From: Oscillospiraceae bacterium
Lineage (GTDB): Bacteria; Bacillota; Clostridia; Oscillospirales; Oscillospiraceae
Direction of reading: 5' to 3'
Length of the DNA: 64,000 nt
Assembly (NCBI GenBank): GCA_045595025.1
Contig: JAZNZR010000087.1
Span: 1,066-65,065, forward strand
Position numbers and translations under genes: made by a program. Below are positions 53,801 to 59,834 of this stretch, in pieces (positions within the stretch are counted from its first letter, which is position 1; every line of letters starts with the position of its first letter). The notes under the pieces were generated by a model that worked only from the letters and a program-made list of their open reading frames with translations, did not search any database and was not told the DNA's origin.

Positions 53801-55999
53801 ACCTTTGAAATGGGCGTTGATGTAGGTACATTGGAAACAGTTTTCATGAGAAATATGCCTCCTTCCCCAGCAAATTACGCACAGAGAGCTGGCCGCGCAG
53901 GTCGAAGCACCAAGTCTGCGGCTTACGCAATTACCTATTGTCCAAATAGCTCCCACGATCTGAACTTCTTTAAGAATCCTGTAGATATGATCAAGGGTTC
54001 CATTTCCCCCCCTGCATTTAACGTAAACAACGAAAAAATTGTATTGCGCCACATCTTTGCTTCTGCATTTTCATTTTTCTGGAAAAAATATCACGAGCTC
54101 TACAAGCATACTGCAGGAGAGTTTTTCGAGGCAAACGGCATTGCAGAATTCAAGCAATATCTGGATTCAAAACCCGATAATCTCAGGGACTATCTCTGTA
54201 AAATCACTAGCACCGAAATTCAACAGGCCTATGGTATTGATACATTTTCTTGGGCAGAAAAATTATTTTCTGAAGATTCAGATGCCCCCGGTGTGTTTGT
54301 CATAGCCCAGCAAAAGTATCAATCCGATCTCAAAGAACTTGAGGATGCACTTGCTTCCGCCGTTACTGCACAAGGCAGAGCAGAAGCTGGTTCAACCGAG
54401 GTTCGACAGTTGGCATTTAAAATTTCCTCAATTAATGCCTCGATAAAAACCCTAAAGCATCAGCAACTTATTGAGTTCCTTTCTAGAAATAATTTAATTC
54501 CCAAATATGGTTTCCCCGTCGACACGGTAGAACTAAAGAGTGCTGGTGTCGGAGGTCAATTAGACTCTTTGCGTCTTGACCGAGATCTTTCCTCTGCAAT
54601 TTCCGAGTATGCTCCCGAATCCGAGATTGTTGCAGACGGAAAACTAATCACCAGCCGCTATGTCAGGGTTCTAAAGGGTTATGCTTGGCCAGAATACAAC
54701 TATGCTATTTGCGAGCATTGCAAAACCATGACCCGTGTGTTGTTCACCGAATCCCTGCCAGAGCATTGCCCTCAGTGCGGACACGACCTTCCGCGTAGAA
54801 GGCTTTCGTACATCATCCCGAAGTTTGGTTTCTTGATGGATAGTGATGGTGCCAAAGATGTTGGTACTGCAAAACCCGAACGCACTTATAAAGGCGCAAT
54901 CTCCTATATTGGAGATGGAAAGCGAATTGAAACTCACAACTTCTCTATTTGCGGAAAAAAGGTAGTGTTTGGAACTAGCAAAATGGACGAGCTCGCTGTT
55001 CTAAATTCCTCCGATTTTTATATCTGCAAAGAATGTGGTTATGGTGAAATTTTCGAAAACTCGTTGGACTTTTGTCGTGAAAAAGAGCACCGCAAAGCTG
55101 ACGGTTACCGATGCACTTGTAAAACACTTTATCCATATGCACTTGGTCACGAATTCCAAACTGATGTTGTCCTCCTAAAGTTCACCTCAGAAAACATTAC
55201 CAATATCGATGCTGCATGGACCATTTTGTATTCATTGTTAGAAGGTCTTAGCAAGTATCTTTCTATTGATCGAACGGAACTTTCGGGTTGTTTACATTGG
55301 TTTAGAAACGAGGATGTTGGCGGAACGGGAAATTACGGCTTCGTTTTGTTTGACAACACTCCAGGCGGTGCCGGTTATGTTCGTCAGCTTAGAAACATCA
55401 CAACATTTACCGGGATGCTGAGCGAGGGACTCAGAATTGTATCAAGTTGTACCTGTGGTGGCGAAGCTGCAGATACTGCGTGTTATGGTTGCCTGTGCAA
55501 TTACTACAACCAAAAACAACACGATATCTTGAAGCGAATCTATGCTATCGATTTTTACCATTCTCTCAAAGGAACTAGCGAACAATGGACCGGCATCCAG
55601 CTCCCGGATGATGAATTGCTAATTTCTCCCCCAAGAGAAGGCGTCGTAGCCGCGTTCAACAACGATGGCCAAAATCAATCCGCCATGCCATATCGTGAAA
55701 TATGGGACTACATTGCTCAAGACACGGATGACCATGACGAAATTGAACTTTTTGCTGAACTGGCTATCAGTAGCGAAGCTGATGCAGCAGAAAAGCCATT
55801 CTATAATGGATCTATTCGTGTTATAGAATCTGGAAAGATTATTCCTGCGGATCTTGTATGGCCCGAAAAGAAACTTGCTTTTTTCCTCAAAGAAAACGCA
55901 GAGCATTATTTCGAGGCTCAAAAAACAAATTGGCATGTCTTCTGTATGCAGAACACCTTTTCCGCAGAAGACTTGTTGCACGTACTATGCGGAGGATAA
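50873..55999 (+). CDS. 1708-aa DEAH-box SF2 helicase with MrfA/YprA-type DUF1998 Cys cluster (DruE-like)
   Basis: TGTGSGKTE (motif I), PMNALVNDQ (Ia), VLDEAH (II), TSAT (III), QRAGRAGR (VI). Terminal cluster SCTCGG...ACYGCLCNYYNQ. Several extra CxxC pairs. Confidence 0.85.
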   Translation: MLFRPAESSKRIVDFYRNYLLTTFRTNKDYYNTQLAQELAEDGVISSGPYISMSDCYAKDRSIRDLVAERIVTPSLGELSALHPERSLYKHQVEAICKANEGKNLIITTGTGSGKTECFLIPVLNQLMQEKEAGTLDAGVRTLLIYPMNALVNDQIRRLREIFDAYGDESITYGKFTGETEEKYINARNEFISREGVEPKRNELISREQMRATPPNILITNYAMLEYLLLRPGDSIFFNEQNANKWRFIVLDEAHTYGGAKGIEVGTLLKRVKAMLGKDDIQFMLTSATLGDESDNPKIVNFASSLCNAQFDENSIVRSVTTPPTKPATTKALDFSIYRHLAEEIRNNCSPEKILDWLRENGIDVVQCDTPASTLEQTLYNMILHDSFYYDVRRSLLNHTKPLLQLSKELNTSADDVTDFIAVASNAQINNDKIFEARYHMFLRGMEGVFVTLHPSNQLFVKRMETFKADPFDDDCGYKVFEISFCHNCGAVFVVGQTQDGYLVQKSKFNDEYDPEVYLLDGYYDDDEGEDEEPEDNKYTVCAKCGAIARASAIPGLSCGHDKSNYNTLIKVKDKGDVLHSCPCCHVTNTQRSIIRPYFLGNEAATAVIATALYNELPDTKITTKTVVYEDEFFGGGNSSEEIEEHEKLVKQFLTFSDNRQAAAFFASYLETTYRDNLIKRIMAQVAYDNQAIMQSGMSLGKFVFEVAQLMKKYGIYAAEDREKQAWMATLKEMMNYKAQNSLQNEGILYFDFDFAMPKNDRLGLSAEETTELFKSLMKIFMRDAAIVLPIPLSDTEIHSLTFGSPIKGYSKNFTQKKYVISWLPKSEKENIRTRIISKLFPDMDLETIHKLLGSIWDKLCHDRIVTYDSQTQKYLLDLGNVIVKTVDELFICDECKTITPYYLRGICTNKRCSGHTDPYDYKCARATNHYFHLYHDLKINDLIAHEHTAQLGSQKAYEYQNAFKSKKVNVLSCSTTFEMGVDVGTLETVFMRNMPPSPANYAQRAGRAGRSTKSAAYAITYCPNSSHDLNFFKNPVDMIKGSISPPAFNVNNEKIVLRHIFASAFSFFWKKYHELYKHTAGEFFEANGIAEFKQYLDSKPDNLRDYLCKITSTEIQQAYGIDTFSWAEKLFSEDSDAPGVFVIAQQKYQSDLKELEDALASAVTAQGRAEAGSTEVRQLAFKISSINASIKTLKHQQLIEFLSRNNLIPKYGFPVDTVELKSAGVGGQLDSLRLDRDLSSAISEYAPESEIVADGKLITSRYVRVLKGYAWPEYNYAICEHCKTMTRVLFTESLPEHCPQCGHDLPRRRLSYIIPKFGFLMDSDGAKDVGTAKPERTYKGAISYIGDGKRIETHNFSICGKKVVFGTSKMDELAVLNSSDFYICKECGYGEIFENSLDFCREKEHRKADGYRCTCKTLYPYALGHEFQTDVVLLKFTSENITNIDAAWTILYSLLEGLSKYLSIDRTELSGCLHWFRNEDVGGTGNYGFVLFDNTPGGAGYVRQLRNITTFTGMLSEGLRIVSSCTCGGEAADTACYGCLCNYYNQKQHDILKRIYAIDFYHSLKGTSEQWTGIQLPDDELLISPPREGVVAAFNNDGQNQSAMPYREIWDYIAQDTDDHDEIELFAELAISSEADAAEKPFYNGSIRVIESGKIIPADLVWPEKKLAFFLKENAEHYFEAQKTNWHVFCMQNTFSAEDLLHVLCGG

Positions 56000-56001
56000 C
56001 T

Positions 56002-57708
56002 ATGGCAATAATGATTCCCAACATACCGATTGATGTGCAACCAGGTAGCCGCGAGGATGAGATGTTTTATTCGTTAAGCACTTTGCCTGATGAATACTAC
56101 GTTTTTCATTCCTTTATGCTTATCACTAATGTCGATGGTATTTTACGCGAAAGCGAAACAGACTTTGTTGTTTTTCATCCCGAAAAGGGAATAATTTGCA
56201 TTGAAGCCAAAGCCGGACGAGTTAAGTGCGTAAATGGCAACTGGTTCTACGGTTCCGGAAAGGCTATGTCGCACGGTGGCCCCTATAGACAAGCTGATCT
56301 GAATAAATGGAAGCTCGAAAAGTACTTCTCTCAAAATGGTTTAAGTGCCCTTTGGCATAAATGCAAAGTACTACATGCAGTATGGTTCCCATCGATTGAT
56401 CGTGCGTACTTAAATTCTATTCATTTTACTTCAGACGCTGATAAGACAATCACTTTGACTAAAGAAAGTCTTACATCTGTCGAAGCTGATATTAACCGGC
56501 TTTATTCTATTCAGCTACCTGCCGGGGTGGAAACAAACCTGTCAAAGCATGAAGCACAAAAAATACTATCAAACGTTCTATGCCCTTCGTTTGATTTGGT
56601 TCCTTCGGTTGCATCTGAACTTAGTTTAAAAAGGAGCGCATTCAATCGCTTACTAAAAGAGCAAGCCAACATTTTGAATTTCTTAGAAGAGCAGCCATAT
56701 GCAATAATCAATGGCGTTGCAGGAACTGGCAAAACAATGATTGCTCTCGAAAAGGCTCGCAGACATGCCGAGAATAGTGAACGTGTGTTGTTTTTATGTT
56801 ATAACCGTCTTCTTTGTGATTTCTTGCGAGAAAACTATGCTCATGAGCAAATATCGTATTATACGATTGATGCGTTAGCGTGTAGTCTTTGCCAAACAAG
56901 TTCTGCAGATTATGAGCTTCTTGAGGAAAAGCTGGAATTACTTTACTATGACGGCCACTTCCCATATAAGCATATCATAATTGATGAAGGGCAAGATTTT
57001 GGTCAGGACCGAATCGAGGAAACTAGAATAATCGATACGTTAGAGACTATTGTTCTCAGCAGTGAAATTGAAGGAACATTTTATCTGTTTTACGACAAGA
57101 ATCAACTAGTTCAAGGGCGACAAATACCCAAATACATCAATGAAGCTGATTGCAAACTAACACTTTATCGAAATTGTAGAAATACAGAGAATATCGCCAT
57201 CACTTCCATGCGCCCTCTTGGAAAAGAGAAAATACCTAAAATGTTTAAGGGTGCTGTTGCCGGTGATCCCACTCGTATTTATATTTCCGACAAGGTAGAA
57301 GACCAGCTTGGTTTCCTCGACAAAACATTGCGCAAACTTCTAGATGACAAGATCAAAGATATCGTTATTCTTACCTGTACTACGGCAGAGAAAAGTTTTC
57401 TTCACCCATACCTGCAAGGTGGAAAATATAGGAGATTGGGTGCAAATATAGACTTTACAACATGTAGAAAGTTTAAGGGACTGGAGGCAGATGCAGTTGT
57501 CCTTGTAGACATTACTGCAGATACTTTTGATAATTATAATAGGCTTATGTTCTATGTTGGCGCTTCAAGAGCGCGGTTTAATCTAACTGTGATATGCAAC
57601 ATGTCAGAAGAGGGCTGCCATCAGGTGATTTCCGAATTGGGTGTTCAGTCTACCAAGAAGCCAAAGAAAGTTCTTGCTGCGGCACTCAACTCGTTGCTAT
57701 CGCAATAA
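56002..57708 (+). CDS. NERD (PD-ExK nuclease-related) domain fused to a UvrD/Rep-like SF1 helicase
   Basis: Start ATG 56002 (GCGGAGGA SD, 2 nt after the upstream stop). SETDFVVFHPEKGIICIEAKAG (D...ExK). Walker A GVAGTGKT, Walker B IIIDEGQDF, and C-terminal KGLEADAVVL / YVGASRAR. Confidence 0.8.
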   Translation: MAIMIPNIPIDVQPGSREDEMFYSLSTLPDEYYVFHSFMLITNVDGILRESETDFVVFHPEKGIICIEAKAGRVKCVNGNWFYGSGKAMSHGGPYRQADLNKWKLEKYFSQNGLSALWHKCKVLHAVWFPSIDRAYLNSIHFTSDADKTITLTKESLTSVEADINRLYSIQLPAGVETNLSKHEAQKILSNVLCPSFDLVPSVASELSLKRSAFNRLLKEQANILNFLEEQPYAIINGVAGTGKTMIALEKARRHAENSERVLFLCYNRLLCDFLRENYAHEQISYYTIDALACSLCQTSSADYELLEEKLELLYYDGHFPYKHIIIDEGQDFGQDRIEETRIIDTLETIVLSSEIEGTFYLFYDKNQLVQGRQIPKYINEADCKLTLYRNCRNTENIAITSMRPLGKEKIPKMFKGAVAGDPTRIYISDKVEDQLGFLDKTLRKLLDDKIKDIVILTCTTAEKSFLHPYLQGGKYRRLGANIDFTTCRKFKGLEADAVVLVDITADTFDNYNRLMFYVGASRARFNLTVICNMSEEGCHQVISELGVQSTKKPKKVLAAALNSLLSQ

Positions 57709-57714
57709 CGACAG

Positions 57715-57894
57715 TCAGCATTCAGTATGTTCTCTTCGCAGTTTAGTCTTCTTATGAATCTTAATGAGCAGCTCGTCCACCGCGTCGGCATACCGTCCCT
57801 GTTCGATAAGCGCATTGCGGAATTGGATTAGGCCACGCAGCATCAGGCGATATTCCTCTCCCGTTAGAGTCAAAATTCGTTTAGGTGCTCTCAT
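57715..57894 (-). CDS. 59-aa conjugation-module small protein (below the ORF-track cutoff)
   Basis: Hand translation: MRAPKRILTLTGEEYRLMLRGLIQFRNALIEQGRYADAVDELLIKIHKKTKLRREHTEC. AGGAGG SD 9 nt upstream. Co-directional with the T4SS genes. Confidence 0.55.
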   Translation of the reverse strand: MRAPKRILTLTGEEYRLMLRGLIQFRNALIEQGRYADAVDELLIKIHKKTKLRREHTEC

Positions 57895-57901
57895 ATGTAA
57901 A

Positions 57902-57943
57902 AACCTCCTATGTACACTCTACCTTGAGTATACATAGGAGGTT
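57902..57943 (-). terminator. 13-bp hairpin plus U tract whose 3' arm is the SD of the next ORF
   Basis: AACCTCCTATGTA (57902-57914) and TACATAGGAGGTT (57931-57943) are perfect complements. On the reverse-strand RNA the distal arm reads TACATAGGAGGTT followed by TTTTACAT-ATG. Confidence 0.6.
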
Positions 57944-57964
57944 CTCTTTCTGCAAACATACGGC

Positions 57965-59812
57965 TTACAACGCGGGAATGCCGTAGCCATAGATTTCATA
58001 GTGACCAATGCGGTAGCTTCTTTTGCGGCAGGAGTCGCCAGAATTGCCCTCAATGGTGTGGACATATCCGTCCTCGACATATTCCACGATACCCACATGA
58101 TCGGTCACTCCGTCCTGCGGACCTGCAGAACCGTTGGGCGAATCCCAGTCAAAGAATATTATCATGCCAGGTACCGGTGTTGCGTTGCCATCAGCCCACT
58201 GACCTCTGTCCTGAAACCACAGCGCACCCCAGACACAGCCAGCGAATTTAGGTATGATACCCAAATCAATATAGCCACACTCATTGGCGCACCACGACAC
58301 AAAGCAGGCACACCATTCCACACGGGATGTGAACCCATACCAGCTCCAATATGGTTCACCTCCTACATTGCCTATCTGGCTTTCAGCGACGGCAACTATT
58401 TGCTCATCCGATGAATGGATTCCATACAGAACCGATGCCCAAAGCATCAGGTTTTCATCGCGTAGCAGTTCCTCAAGCATCTGCTTCTGTTCATCATTAA
58501 AGCCATGTCCCGAGGCCATGTCCTCAGCGGTTTTATGGCTTATGGTAATATACAGCGTCGTCACATTCTGAATCGTGGGGGTCTCAATAATGTTTCCTTC
58601 CTCATCAGCACTCTCTTCAACCACTGTCTCCTGCGTTGTTACCAACCTGTGCTCAATTCGGTTCATTTCCCAGAAGATTTCTTCAAGCATAGACTTCTTC
58701 TCCTCATTGACTGTTGCAACCTCTTGCGGCTCATCTGGGTCTGTGTTCAGCTTGACAGCATACACCGAAAGCACCTCCGGCCAGACAGCTCTTGCTCCTG
58801 TGGTCTCCACCTTGTCATACTCAAGTGTGTTTCTGAGTCTGTCTATTTGCGATTGGTAATCCATGTTCAATTCATGTACCACGCTTTTCATCGTCATGGA
58901 TGAATTCGTATCTTCGCTTGAGAAAAATATTCCGTATGAAGAGCCAGCCACAAGGGCCACAAGCATAATGACAACAATGATTATAACCAACACCCATCCG
59001 CCTGCAGCGATTGCAACCACCAACCCTTTTATAGCCGCGATAATCGCCTTGATGATTTTTGCAACAACAAAGGCCGCCCTCCTTGCCGCCTCCGCTGCAG
59101 CCTTCGCACTCGCCTTTGAAATTTGCACAGACTTTTGGGCGGCTTTTGCCGTCGCCTGAGCACTTTTCTGCGCCGCCTTTGCGCTTTCCTGCGCAGTTTT
59201 GATTGCAACCTTGGAAGACTCTTCTGCGGTTTTTATCGCCCGTTGACCGCTCTTTATGGACCTGTCTACGGATTTGATGGCCTGTCGCTTTGTCTCGCTT
59301 TCAGACAGTCTGGAGACTTGCTGAAGCCGCATAGATATTGCCTTATCGCTATGCGAAGTGCTTTGCGGAGCTTGTGTCGTCCGATTCTCGGAAGAATCCA
59401 TATTTTGAAGAGGCATCGATTTAGATAACTTTGAGCTACTTTGTGAAGCATTGACTCTCTTGCGAGCTGTCGCCCTTGCCACCTCATAACGTTTCGCTTT
59501 GAATCTCTGAACCGCCCTTTCGGCATCTGGATTGGTCATGTTTTGGATGCCCAGTTTCGCCTCCTGATAAACGATTCTTCCACCATCCTCAACAATGCAC
59601 CACGCATCAGAGATTGCGTTTTCTGTTGCATTCTGCAGCTGCTCAGCTGCATATTCGTCTGGGCTGACCTGCCCATCGTTCACAACATTCTGAGCCCTGT
59701 CTGCTGTGCGGATAAGGGCTTTTTTCATCTTATCGGCAAGGTCTGCATCACGGTCGAGAGTCTTTATTGTTTTTGCGTCTTTTAGTTTAATATCTTTCGT
59801 AGCAGAGCCCAC
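57965..59812 (-). CDS. Conjugation-associated cell-wall hydrolase (coiled-coil/TM N-part, C-terminal CHAP/NlpC-P60 domain)
   Basis: 615 aa with a GTG start (uncertain). The C-terminal WCACFVSWCANECGY ... DHVGIVEYVEDGYVHTIEGNS gives the Cys and His of the CHAP pattern. Confidence 0.8.
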   Translation of the reverse strand: MGSATKDIKLKDAKTIKTLDRDADLADKMKKALIRTADRAQNVVNDGQVSPDEYAAEQLQNATENAISDAWCIVEDGGRIVYQEAKLGIQNMTNPDAERAVQRFKAKRYEVARATARKRVNASQSSSKLSKSMPLQNMDSSENRTTQAPQSTSHSDKAISMRLQQVSRLSESETKRQAIKSVDRSIKSGQRAIKTAEESSKVAIKTAQESAKAAQKSAQATAKAAQKSVQISKASAKAAAEAARRAAFVVAKIIKAIIAAIKGLVVAIAAGGWVLVIIIVVIMLVALVAGSSYGIFFSSEDTNSSMTMKSVVHELNMDYQSQIDRLRNTLEYDKVETTGARAVWPEVLSVYAVKLNTDPDEPQEVATVNEEKKSMLEEIFWEMNRIEHRLVTTQETVVEESADEEGNIIETPTIQNVTTLYITISHKTAEDMASGHGFNDEQKQMLEELLRDENLMLWASVLYGIHSSDEQIVAVAESQIGNVGGEPYWSWYGFTSRVEWCACFVSWCANECGYIDLGIIPKFAGCVWGALWFQDRGQWADGNATPVPGMIIFFDWDSPNGSAGPQDGVTDHVGIVEYVEDGYVHTIEGNSGDSCRKRSYRIGHYEIYGYGIPAL

Positions 59813-59834
59813 CTTTCATAAAACATGGGACAGG

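Noticed and set aside
45768-55999. Reading the C5-MTase as DruM, making this a Druantia type II locus, or as the methylase of a DISARM-like system (helicase + DUF1998).
   Set aside because: The MTase is divergent from the helicase operon and has its own terminator. It is followed by a controller and a MutH-like REase, which makes it an ordinary R-M unit. No PLD (DrmC), SNF2 or DruF/DruG-sized genes are present, and helicase and DUF1998 are fused in one protein rather than split as in DrmA/DrmB.
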